Below the pieces are notes generated by a model. That model saw only the letters and a program-made list of their open reading frames with translations, had not been told where the DNA came from and did no database searches. A DNA stretch of 64,000 bases from Styela clava (taxonomy: Eukaryota): positions 2,108,001 through 2,172,000 of the forward strand of contig NC_135261.1 in the NCBI RefSeq assembly GCF_964204865.1, given 5' to 3'. The translations under genes and the position numbers were made by a program. Each line of letters starts with the position of its first letter. Position 1 is the stretch's first letter. Positions 10,482 to 21,586 of the stretch are shown here, in pieces.

Positions 10482-12747
10482 AAATAAATTAGTACAGACT
10501 TCAGTATATAAAAACTTAGATGATATAAACTAATATGAACAATCAATTATTTTATATTAGCTATCTGATATAAATCCAAATAACTTGAAAACCCAAACAA
10601 ACAGAATGCAAAGATATCTGGAAGGCAAGCCATGACTTTAAAAGACTGGTCAACACTAGACAATATGGAACAGATGAAGAATTCACACATTCGATGGCCA
10701 GTATGGCCAACAGTGATGGCAAATTGTATGATTTAACAGGCAACATAATACAAGTAATCACCAATTCACTTTGGTTCTCAATAATTAATCGTGAAAAAAA
10801 CTTGAAAAGTAAGCGAACAAACAGAATGCAGCAATACCCAGAAGTCGAGCGAACTCTAAATTTAAAAACGAACGTCCCCACCTACCAACAAAAACCCGGG
10901 ATTCGAATCTCAAAGTTCGAGTCAAAATTACCTTCAACTTCTGAAGTCCAAGAATTTTTGTCAGCTTTGTAGTCTGAATACTTCACAGCCCTAGATATGA
11001 ATCCCAACTGATCGATTGAGAAAACAATATCCTCGAAATCTTAATAAAACCTCTTTCTATACTAGAAATTATTGAAGCATGAACTGCCAGAACAATTCTA
11101 TCCATACACACTGTAATCCATGCTGTCATTAATCGCTTTGGTGATTCCATTAGTTAAATTGAAGACAAATCTGGCATGATGATAATCAAATTCCAGTAGC
11201 TTCCATTGCAGTTATCCTAAACTTAATTCTACTATTTACCTGAATCCTATTTTATTGAAAACACAAAAAATCAAAAATTATGTCAAAAAGTGAAGATAAA
11301 AATAGTCCGGTCAATTATAGTACATTAATATTTTTCAACAACAAGAAATAAATGAAACAGAGCGTGACTAGCCAGAAACATACATGCCATACAGACATCT
11401 GCCAGTGCTGCTATTATTCGCTTTCATATTTCTTAGCGAGATTTAGATTGAACTGAAGTAGGCAAGACCAAATAAAATTGTACGTAGTGGCATATTGATG
11501 TTTGACAGTTGCCAATAAGGATTCAACATGCATTTTTCAATACGATAATTTATATGCTTTTTGCTTACTGGGAGCAAAGATGTAAACACAGGAAAAATGG
11601 CCACTGAGCAATGTGATTTGGCAGTATGTTTCGTAATGTTCGCCAGGGTTGTTCCAATTTAAAACATTTCCAATTTCCAATTTCAAAATTGTCAATTTTT
11701 TTCGGGGATCTTTTCTAGACTAGGTTACCGAATGAGAGAAATTTCAAAATTGTATTATGATATTTTATTTGCTTTTGGTAACCTCGCTTTCGTCATTAGC
11801 TTGCTAGACATAAAACACAGCAGTAAGAAAAGTTTCGAAAAAATGAATATTTCATTTGAAGCAAAACCACCAGCAAATTGGCAATTTCAATGCTAAACAG
11901 GTAAAATAAATTGTCAAATAAAATTCCTAAATTTTTTCAAAAAGCTAAGATGAGGTGAATAGAAATAATGGCAGTAAAATGATGATACATAAAATATGCT
12001 TACATTGGTATACTTCAGATTACTAATTAACAAAAATCAATAGAGCATGAATTGACAGGATTTTTGCACCATAATTGGGTATTACTTTTGCTGCCAGTTC
12101 ACACACCATTGATTTTTAGGTTGAAATGAGGGTCAAATACACCAATTAGAAAGGACATCACATTTGTTCGAATATATATATTTGAGGGTCTGCAATATTC
12201 AGAAAGCAATTTAGCATGAGGCAAATAATAAACTCTGCCAATGTTTTGAATGTCCATGCCAGTTGTTCTCACTCAAACGATGGTGCGCGTCCCCCCCTCC
12301 CCCCCAGTGAAGCTAATTAAAAATAAAAATATTTGTTTGTTTTGGCCTGCTTTATTTTGGATATTTATATTTTTTTATTGTTTGGAGATTGCGATTCCAT
12401 CCACCTACTTTCTGCGTGTTTTTTGAATGAAAAATATACTTTCTCGTTACTATCTGTTATTTGTAGACTATTGTCAGCTAGATATTTTTTAGGTTGGGCG
12501 CGAGACTTGTAAAATTCTAAAAAGGGGGCGCCGCTTAAAATGTTTGTAAAACCCTTATGAAGTGTATCTGTATAGAAATTCAAAACGTTAGCAAAACTTC
12601 AATCATTTGCTTCTTGCTGGTAGATAAATGTTCTGCAATATTTGTTTAATTTTTCTAAATTGTTCAGGCAAGGAATTTTTAGTTGAAACTACATACTACA
12701 AGCAGATTTTCAATTTGCTATTCCATTACTGCTAATGTTGCGAAATT

Positions 12748-12964
12748 GGTACTCCCGTAGTATGTGTACCAGGTTAGGGTTAATAAGCCATAATTTTATC
12801 CCGATTTTCCTTATTTTCGTTCTGTTATGAGTTCGGGGACAGTTTGTGTTAGCCAAGTAAATATACCCCCTGTCCATAGTTTCAGTCCCTTTAGACAACT
12901 TGACGTAAAAAAGGAAAAACAAAATTAGTTACCTCCATATTGGTACACATACTACTGGAGCGCC
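12748..12964. mobile_element. MITE-like repeat (same family as 3216-3445)
   Basis: ggtactcccgtagtatgtgtacca ... tggtacacatactactggagcgcc. Confidence 0.65.
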
Positions 12965-13448
12965 ACAAAATCAAATATATTCAGAATTTCAGACCATTCA
13001 AAATTAAAATCAACTACAAGAGGGATTCTATGTCTATGCTTTCCTAACAATACCTTTCTTGATCTAGCAAATCAAATATTGAACATATTTCGAAACATTT
13101 CGATAAAAATTTGAAGTACAGTAAATAGGAAACAGTCAGAATTTCAGATATGGTGAATGAGAAACTATTATTTTAAGCTTTTAATGATAAACTCCCTAAA
13201 CTGGAAAATGACTCAAATTAAAATGAGTAAAAGGTACAAGCTTGTATCGGACTGCCCCAGTCCTTCATAAATGCTAAATCAGAAAATATTACTATACTGA
13301 AAATAACTAGTATAAGAACTATTATCATTGAAAACTCGTTCGTGACGCAGTGGCAAAAAATGTTGTTCTATATCGATGACAAACAAAACCAATAAACTGA
13401 AATGCTGAAAATTTTTACCATGAGAATACCTCCTACAATAGGAGTGGA

Positions 13449-13768
13449 AGTGGTGACTCCTCTTCGGCCCATCAGGCTAATCAGGCTATGGGCCGCGGCC
13501 CATCAAGTTGTGTAAAGAAACTATTCACTTGGCTAACACAAACAGTCCCCAAACTCATAATAAAACTATAATGTAAAAAATCTGAACAAAATTTTGCCCT
13601 AACCCTAACCTGGTACACATACTACAGGAGTTTATTTTTTGGTTCGAATATTGACAATTTTGTAAAAATTGAAAATTTTGGTAAGATAATTGAATTTTTC
13701 CTGACGGGGCCGCGGCACATCAAGCTTGTGACCCCGGCCCATGGGTCGTAGAGGAGTCACCACCCCTG
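13449..13768. mobile_element. MITE, possibly Tc1/pogo-type
   Basis: Inverted ends gtggtgactcctcttcggcccat / atgggtcgtagaggagtcaccac; right end CCCCTG|TA. Confidence 0.5.
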
Positions 13769-13939
13769 TAGTACAATAGTTCCCACTGGAAGATGTTCCA
13801 TTAATATAAAATTCGCCCTACCGCTAACGTTTTTTTGGCAGTAATTTTCTGGACCAATTTTTCGTGGAAGGGATACTAATGGATGAAATTGCATGAAGAT
13901 TATTTACAAAAGTCCGCAGTTTTTTTCATAAAGTCAGTT

Positions 13940-14812
13940 TCACCAATAAAGGTTTTTATTAACTGCACTCACTACGCTGCCGAACCAGGACTTTGCAAAA
14001 CTTCCCACTGCTTCTGTATATCCAGGCCGCGCCACACTTTGTTTATTTTCTTCCTTATTAGGGGAATCCCCCAAGTCCTCTTCTAAATAGGGGGGTAACT
14101 CGTCTGATCTGTCTGCATCATCGAAGGAAACGAGGACTTCCTCCCCGCTTTCGTTCTTCATGACTTGTTTCGCTGTCATTTTCCGTGTGTTATGGATTGC
14201 GTGGACAAGACTTTCCGCATGCATGTCAGATCGGGCTCGGATAGTACATCTTTGCGACGCCATGTTAAACGTAATCGAAATAACGCCAGTTACTCGTAGG
14301 AGCTCATTTGTACACTCTTGTTTTTTATCCTCCCCATCAAGTCCTTCGATTTGGAGCATTATGACTTTAGCTTTTTTGTTACCCCCCAAGAACTTCACTG
14401 GTTCTTTGCCAGCTTTTCTAGCGTTTCTCATCCCAGCCCTGGTAATAACACCACTGTTATTTTCAACAGACACTGGACGGACATTACATTTGCTTAAAAA
14501 CAAGATCTCCGACGCTAATTTTTTACAATCATCATTAAAATTTTCTTTCCCAGCAATTTTGTTTAGCAAACTCTGCAATCCGACAGTATTTTGAAAATGA
14601 TGAAGCTGGCGTTCGTTGCGTACCGCTTCTTGTGCAAGGTAGCGCAATGCATGCAAAGCTTCAATAATAACCACTGAAGGCTGCTCATCTGGGTCAGTAA
14701 ATATGAGCAAAGAATTTACGTCGTTCCGAAGCATGTATTGACGATTAGTGTGCACACTGGCAAGCCTCCGAAGTTCTTTGACAATTGATAATGAAGTTGC
14801 CGTCGTCGCCAT
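13940..14812 (-). CDS. ARMC1: Armadillo repeat-containing protein 1, 290 aa
   Basis: N-terminal ARM-like VKELRRLAS..NR..ALHALRYLA; KAKVIMLQIEGLD HMA-like domain with GVISITF; QVMKNESGEE; LPPYL; C-terminal ..NLYW. Confidence 0.9.
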   Translation of the reverse strand: MATTATSLSIVKELRRLASVHTNRQYMLRNDVNSLLIFTDPDEQPSVVIIEALHALRYLAQEAVRNERQLHHFQNTVGLQSLLNKIAGKENFNDDCKKLASEILFLSKCNVRPVSVENNSGVITRAGMRNARKAGKEPVKFLGGNKKAKVIMLQIEGLDGEDKKQECTNELLRVTGVISITFNMASQRCTIRARSDMHAESLVHAIHNTRKMTAKQVMKNESGEEVLVSFDDADRSDELPPYLEEDLGDSPNKEENKQSVARPGYTEAVGSFAKSWFGSVVSAVNKNLYW

Positions 14813-14939
14813 GATGCTGTATGATCGATATTCACAAAAATGCCAGCAGAATTAAGTTATTTTATTAAACTACATTGAAAGTGCTTATACACAAGATTCA
14901 ACTAACTCTAGAGACAGAGATAAAGGGTCTGGTATGGTT

Positions 14940-16205
14940 TAGTACCACATGCACTTCTAGTTGGCCTGGCTCAACAATTTTTGCATATGTCAATCCTAAC
15001 CCCAGCCTGACTACATCACCAGAAAAGTACGTCATTTCCACGTCACAGTGGCGTAATGAGGCTCACCAAAGTATGCGGATGGTCGTCCAAAGCGCGCAGA
15101 CGATCACCTGAAATCTAGCAAGCTATTTCTCTCGTTTTCTCGTCACTGGATCACGATAGGAAAGAGATCGCCGACTTCAGCGAGTTTGTTATCAGCGACG
15201 CAGATGCCATTTCGGGCTATCGTAATTTTTAATTTAGCAAGCCCTATGACGTGATGGTGACATAAATTTTGGATGTCATAGCCAGGTGGTTGGGGTTAGG
15301 TATAACTGGTCTCGTGTAGTTTCGTACCTAACGTACTTCTAGTAGGCGTAGCATAACAATTTTTTGATATGTCAATCGTAACCCCCATCTGACTACGCCA
15401 TCCAAAAATTATGTCACTACGACATCACAATCACGTCATAGAGCTTGCCAAATATAAGTACGATCGCCCGGAAATGGCATCGGCGCCAACAATAAAGAAC
15501 TGACTAACGTCATCGATCTCTCTCCTATTGGGATCGTAGCGACTTTGGTAGCAACGAGAAAACGAGAGAAATAGCTGTTCGATTCAAGTGCAGTTTTAAG
15601 TATTCTGTGGCGTCTGCAGCTGCCTCAAAACCATGGCGGTATTTCCATACCATGGCCGCTATGGCCAAACCTATGGCAACTGATTTTTTAGCTGCCACAA
15701 ACCAATGACGAGCTGCCGTTAGCGCGGCAGCAAATTCAAAACCAATGGCAGGTAAAATTTTGCTGCCGTAACCACGGCAGGTGGGCCGTAACGACAGGGC
15801 TGTCCCTTATGATGACAAATATTGGGTAAGTTTTTCTTATGGATACAGTTTTGATGGATTTGGGGTTAGGGTTAGGGTTTAAGTAGATATAATTCCGCAT
15901 GATCAATTGAAATCTGGTACATTATTTTGTGATTATACCGTAATACTGATACGTTAACTGAATAGCGCTATAAAACCATGGCTGCCACGGTTCATTCGTG
16001 GCAAGAGCTGCCATGAAGTGGTAAAAACTGAGCCTCGTTCGATTTTTCGTACCGGTATAGTTTGAGGGCTCTATTACGTCACTGTGACGTCGTAGTGACG
16101 TAATTTTTGGATGGCGTAGTCAGGTGGGGGTTAGGAATGACACGTGAAACAATTGTCATGCTACGCCCACTCGAAGTATGTTAGGTACCGGTACGAAACT
16201 ACATA
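14940..16205. repeat. Cluster of adjacent and nested inverted-repeat elements (foldback-like) upstream of ARMC1
   Basis: 15122-15143 gctatttctctcgttttctcgt is inverted to 15554-15576; 14947-15060 is inverted to 16068-16185; internal ccatggc-rich segment. Confidence 0.65.
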
Positions 16206-16255
16206 GGTAGGCTACCAGTACGGGGTAGGTACGGTACGGTACCGGCACAGAAATA

Positions 16256-16601
16256 GGATAGGATTTACATATTTATCCCGGGGGAGAGGAAAGCCGATAA
16301 GACAGCTCATCTATATGGTGAACCACGGCCTCTCGTCCAGTTACCGGTACCATTCCAAGTCGGGTACCGGTATGGGTTTAGTTATATTGTTTGTTTTCGG
16401 AAGCATGGACTTGACGGTGGAGGAAGCCGTAACCGACCAGCGGTTACGTGAACCACCCAACGACGGTGAGGAGTCCAGCAATCCTCTCGCACATAACCAT
16501 CCCTGCATGAGATTCGAACCTGCGAACCCACGCAGAGTAATTAGAGGTGCGGTGGATAGCGTATTGCTAACGCTTAGTCCTTTGAGCCACACCGCCGCGC
16601 C
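16256..16601 (-). mobile_element. tRNA-derived SINE, full length, with TSD
   Basis: A box TGGCTCAAAGG and B box GGTTCGAATC on the minus strand; TSD GAAATA at 16250-16255 and 16602-16607; empty site visible at ~38518 in the duplicated block. Confidence 0.88.
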
Positions 16602-17189
16602 GAAATATGAAAATCCTGACCTACCGGTATGCTACCAGGTAGCGTGGCCTATTTATTTTTCTCTCCCGTAATGATGGATAAATTATAGACACTTTAGGCT
16701 AAATATTTTGATATCAAATTAATCTAAGCTGGCATTCCATTTTAAACTTTTCCGTGGCAGAAAAATTTGACAACACGCAAAGCGAACAGACAGCATAATG
16801 AGCATAAGCTAAAAGCCCAAAGTGGTGAAATGCGAATTCTGGTTGTGTCATTTGCGCGAACAAACTTTGTAGTTTTGCGAGAACTTTGGGCGCGGAGTAT
16901 TTGTGTAAACCGTAAATATTTGTGGTCAGCAATTTTTGCAGGAATGCATTAACCTATATGAGAAATCATTTTAAAAATGTATATTAAAGATAATAATCCT
17001 TTATGCAAATAGATTTTCGCAAGAACGAAATTTTACGATTATAAAATTCAATGGAAAACCTTCTGGGAGAAGACCTTACTATCTGTTAGTTGGGGCTTAT
17101 CTTGTGCTGGATATTTTTGAGGTTAGGCGCCAGACCTTTTACATTTCAGAACAGTGAGATTGAAACTACTGCCGTTGAAAAAAAGCGAG

Positions 17190-17262
17190 CGCCCGATAAG
17201 GGACTTGAACCCTTGACCGTTGGATTAAAAGTCCAACGCTCTACCGACTGAGCTAACCGGGC
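17190..17262 (-). tRNA. tRNA-Lys(TTT)
   Basis: GCCCGGTTAGCTCAGTCGGTAGAGCGTTGGACTTTTAATCCAACGGTCAAGGGTTCAAGTCCCTTATCGGGCG; full cloverleaf; T7 terminator. Confidence 0.95.
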
Positions 17263-17456
17263 TTACAATAACAACGAATCAGATTTGAATCTGAATTCAA
17301 CTTGCTACGTTTGCAATTCTCATTTCAATTTATGCTATGTTACTCCAATAACACAGCACTCGCGAATTTTATCCACAATGAAGAATTTCATTCAAAGACA
17401 TTTGAAATTTATTTATTAATTTTGCTTCCACTCAACACATTACTTCGTGATTGTTT

Positions 17457-17657
17457 GGGTGAGCGTGTTGGGTGACCGAACACCTACTACTTCTTTTATC
17501 AATACCTTTCCATCTAAAATCTGTACGTTTCAAACCTTACTCTAGGTTTGTTCGCTTTCCCGATTCTATAATCAGTTACTTTTACTTTTGTTTTTATCTA
17601 TTTTTTTATCGTCTATTGCTGATTATGGAGTCGAAATAAACTTATACTTATACTTAT
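17457..17657 (+). mobile_element. 5'-truncated LINE (CR1/L2-like) 3' end
   Basis: Absent from paralogous units (gattgttt|accttaatc); ends in AATAAA plus a (CTTATA)3 tail; no TSD. Confidence 0.7.
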
Positions 17658-18825
17658 ACCTTAATCAAGCTATCTCGGCAAATGTAAACAAATCCCAAAC
17701 GATAAGAATAGCCTAGACGTGTCGGCTGAAAAAGCTTTATATTTGAACTCACCATGCTAGCGGTGTGTTTATGTTACACAAGTTAGACGACCGAATGATT
17801 TACGTTGGTATTTTTTTTTTTATCTTTTTATACTTGTTCGTGTGTGTAAGATTGGTAAATTGGCACGTGTATTTTTTACATGTTTTGACTTTATTTAAAG
17901 CTTTACCGGTTTTACCAATAAATTTTGTGTTCATTGTTTGTGTAAGTTATTTTTTCGGGGAAATCAAACTAATTTTTTAATTATATCCACGAATAACTTG
18001 AAAGGTCCATGAAAGATTGCACAAATTTAATCAGAATTTACATCGCCATTTCGTGTCCAATAAATCTCAACAATGCAACGAAAGACAGTGAAACTTAGTT
18101 TAAATTGATCTGAAATTGTCCGGGTGACAAAATTCTATTTGTCGTTGTCGAACTATCAAAGCCCAATATTGCACCTCAAATAGCGAATCTCTTATAATGT
18201 AACCGTTCATTCAAAATATCGCACATGTTTGCAGCACCTTAAAGTGTTCTCCGGGTGAGGTTCTTTCTGGTTGTTTCCCCGAGCATTGATTTCCCTATTT
18301 ATGTCCGTAACCATGACCAATTGGGAATACGTCAACAATGACGTAACAATTGCAATTTATGTAGCCGCTCGGACACTTCTTTGTCCAGACAGATATTGAT
18401 GCACATGTGTAAACATTGCTTTCTTATATCGATTTTGGATTTAATTTGTCAGTTTTCAGTAGTGTTTCCGAAAATGAGTTGTAAGTTAAATAACCTGATT
18501 GCAATTATGTCTTTTGAGCAGCTTTAGTTTTGTTGAAATATATTCAAAAATTAGTCCTAGAAAAACTGTGATATAAAAATATATGAAGAACATGTAAACC
18601 AGTTCGCAAGCGCCAACTCTCCTAAACACTTTTAAAATAAGCATCAAAATTTTGGTAAAATAGGGGAAAGTTTTCTGGGGTCAAGGGTCAAGGAAACACC
18701 CATGTCTTTCCATAACTGTTGGAGGGGATGGTTATTTTAGGCGAATTCAGTAAACCATTCACGGACATGGGCCAAGGAATAGTTCACCGGTTATTTGTGG
18801 ATACATAAACTTTGTGCTGCTGCGA

Positions 18826-18898
18826 ACCCGGTTAGCTCAGTCGGTAGAGCGTTGGACTTTTAATCCAACGGTCAAGGGTTCAAGTCCCATATCGGGCG
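18826..18898 (+). tRNA. tRNA-Lys(TTT), degenerate copy (A1:C72 and a T-stem mismatch)
   Basis: acccggttagctcag...caagtcccatatcgggcg. Confidence 0.75.
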
Positions 18899-19685
18899 TT
18901 ATCTTTTCCCTCGACGATTGTATTTCAATCTCACTGGTCGTAAAATACTAATAAGGAAATTGAGATAAAAAAAAAGAACAACAACGGCATAGTAACGAAA
19001 CGATTGATATAAAAGTTATATACAACACTTCAACCACTTTTTGAGTACTGAAAAAGGAAAATCGATTTGTTCCATTAGTCACAGATAGGAGTGATTTTTC
19101 TCGGCAATAACTATCATCCCAAACAAGCACGGGATTTCTCTCTATATCATGCTCTCTTTATCTATATCATGATAAATTATAGACACTTAGGCTAAATATT
19201 TTGATATCAATTCAATCAAAGCTGGCATTCCATTTTAAACTTTTCCGTGGCTGGCAGAAAATGTTGACAACACGCAAAGCGAACAGACAGCATATTGAGC
19301 ATAAGCTAAAAGCTTAAAGTGGTGAAATGCGAATTCTGGTTGTGTCATTTGCGCGAACAAACTTTGTAGTTCTGCGAGAACTTTGGGCGCGGAATATTTG
19401 TGTAAACCGTAAATATTTGTGGTCAGCAATTTTTGCAGGAATGCATTAACCTATATGAGAAATCATTTTAAAAATGTATATTAAAGATAATAAACCTTTG
19501 TGCAAATAGATTTTCGCAAAAACGAAATTTTACGATTATAAAATTCAATGGAAAACCTTCTGGGAGGAGACCTTACTATCTGTTAGTTGGGGCTTTTGTG
19601 TGCTGGATATTTTTGAGGTTAGGCGCTAGACTTTTAACATTTTAGAACAGTGAGATTGAAACTACTACCGTTGAAAAAAAGCGAA

Positions 19686-19758
19686 CGCCCGATAAGGGAC
19701 TTGAACCCTTGACCGTTGGATTAAAAGTCCAACGCTCTACCGACTGAGCTAACCGGGC
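19686..19758 (-). tRNA. tRNA-Lys(TTT)
   Basis: Identical to the canonical copy; oligo-T terminator. Confidence 0.95.
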
Positions 19759-20801
19759 TCACAATAACAACAAATCAGATTTGAATCTGAACCCAACTTG
19801 CTACGTTTGCAATTCTCATTTCAATTTCCCAAAGATCTAAAGAGGAAAAATGATGAGGCTGTTTATATGGAACTATGTTGCGCCTACAACACAGCACTCA
19901 CGAGTTTTATTCACAATGAGGAATTTCATTTAAAATTTATTTATTAATTTTGCTTCCACTCAACACATTACTTCGTGATTGTTTACCTTAATCAAGCTAT
20001 CTCGGCAAATCTAAACAAATCCCAAACGATAAGAATAGCCTAGACGTGTCGGCTGAAAAAGCTTTATATTTGAACTCACCATGCTAGCAGTGTGTTTATG
20101 TTACACAAGTTAGACGACCGAATGATATACGTTGGTATTTTTTTTAATCTTTTTATACTTGTTCGTGTGTGTAAGATTGGTAAATTGGCAAGTGTATTTT
20201 TTACATGTTTTGACTTTATTAAAAGCTTTACCAGTTTTACCAATAAATTTTGTGTTCATTGTTTGTGTAAGTTATTTTTTCGGGGAAATCAAACTAATTT
20301 TTTAACCTATTATATCCACGAATAACTTGAAAGGTCCATGAAAGATTGCCCAAATTTACTCAAAATTAGGCTTACCATATATCTGTGGCAAAAAAACGGG
20401 ACAGTACGGATTGGGCAAGCCAACCTTTGTTCGATTTCGAAGCTCAATATTAGTGAATTTTTTCCATATCCTTGTGGGCAGAATACGGGCGTCAAAATTA
20501 GCTCTTAATCATATTAAAATATCCACTATTGGTTTTTGACTTCATTAAGGGAAATCGCTCTTTTATTCATTAGAATATTTTTTTCACCTTTGATGATTCA
20601 GCGACAGTACGGTTGGATGTTAAATTAATGCATGGTGTTCATACTTCTTATCATACTATGGCATAACAGTTTCTATCTCTATCTTAGGGTTGCCAACCGT
20701 CCTTTATTTCAAAGGACAATCCTTTATTTGAGATTTTTGTCTTTGTCCTTTTTAAGATGATAATTGTCCTTTATTTTTTCCAATATCGATAGTTATAGTA
20801 C

Positions 20802-21391
20802 TGTGGCTGCAGGCATTCGATCCCTTCCTTAGTCTGTTGATGGAATGCTAGCAGACGAATCTAATAACAATTCAATGCAGCGTGACTCGTGTTTCAATAT
20901 TTTAATAGCATGAAAATCCAGCTTCCACAGGACAAAGTCCAGAAATAATGCAGTAATGTCATCAAACATGAAATATTGTGTTCCGGTTAAATGCTAATTG
21001 ATAATTATAATGTTGAAACTGCGGTAACTGACATTGAATTCGGTGCTTCTCTGGCAGATTATTATAACAAACTGTGTAAACAAGAACATAACAATTAATT
21101 ACCTCTTTGTCAAAACAATATGCAACTGAACTCAATACCAGTACCGGTACATATCCTAAGCTCATATTTATACATGCAGATTCAAACAACAAAATTTGAC
21201 ACTAGAATAATATTAATATAGCCATACACGTCTGAACTATACAAGGACAGCACTAACTCGTGTTACAGGCCAGAGACAGGAAATGACATGTTTTCCAGAA
21301 CATTCTAACTAAACGAAAAATTCTAACTATGACGTCATACAATCTCGCCTGTCAATCATTAAAGACACTGCTGCAAACCGCTGCAGTAACA
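20802..21391 (-). repeat. LTR 1 (3' LTR)
   Basis: TGTGGCTGCAG...CTGCAGTAACA, 590 bp. Confidence 0.93.
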
Positions 21392-21586
21392 TGGCTCTCC
21401 TGCAAAACAATAACTACCTACTATGTTTTGCAATTATACAAATCGACTCTAAACCTTACTCAATGAACACATAAAATTGAACAGAGTAACATTAAGAAAG
21501 AAACAGCACTATTTACACATAGATTCCTTACAAAATCTAAAGGAAATTACACTTGCGGAACCAACTCTCAATAATTACATATGGGA

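Noticed and set aside
10561-11600. Short ORFs and splice-like sites between the dioxygenase and ARMC1
   Set aside because: No recognisable protein motif or coherent exon chain; cannot be supported without RNA data
15858-15882. GGGTTAGGGTTAGGG telomere-like run
   Set aside because: Only 2-3 units; the same cctaaccctaacc motif is an internal part of MITE-like repeats in this window
15600-16030. Short recurring ccatggc/ctgcc motifs as a CRISPR-like array
   Set aside because: Eukaryotic context, irregular spacing and mixed orientation; these are subterminal repeats of a transposon-like element
16714-17980. Recurrent 60-80 aa ORFs in the array spacers (MLTTNIYG.., MFMLHKLD.., MVVRAHPG..)
   Set aside because: Frames shift between units, starts are non-ATG and some overlap tRNA genes; consistent with non-coding spacer
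20797-20810. Site-specific Bel/Pao targeting (same site used twice; target tgtg matches the LTR start)
   Set aside because: Shared left/right LTR SNPs and shared lesions indicate one insertion copied by segmental duplication
20962-21192. 76-aa ORF repeated five times
   Set aside because: It lies wholly inside the LTR, has a TTG start and no recognisable domain; recurrence only reflects LTR identity
21392-21410. TGG right after the LTR on the plus strand, resembling a primer-binding site
   Set aside because: The ORFs are on the minus strand, where this reads GCAGGAGAGCCA just before the 3' LTR, i.e. the polypurine tract position
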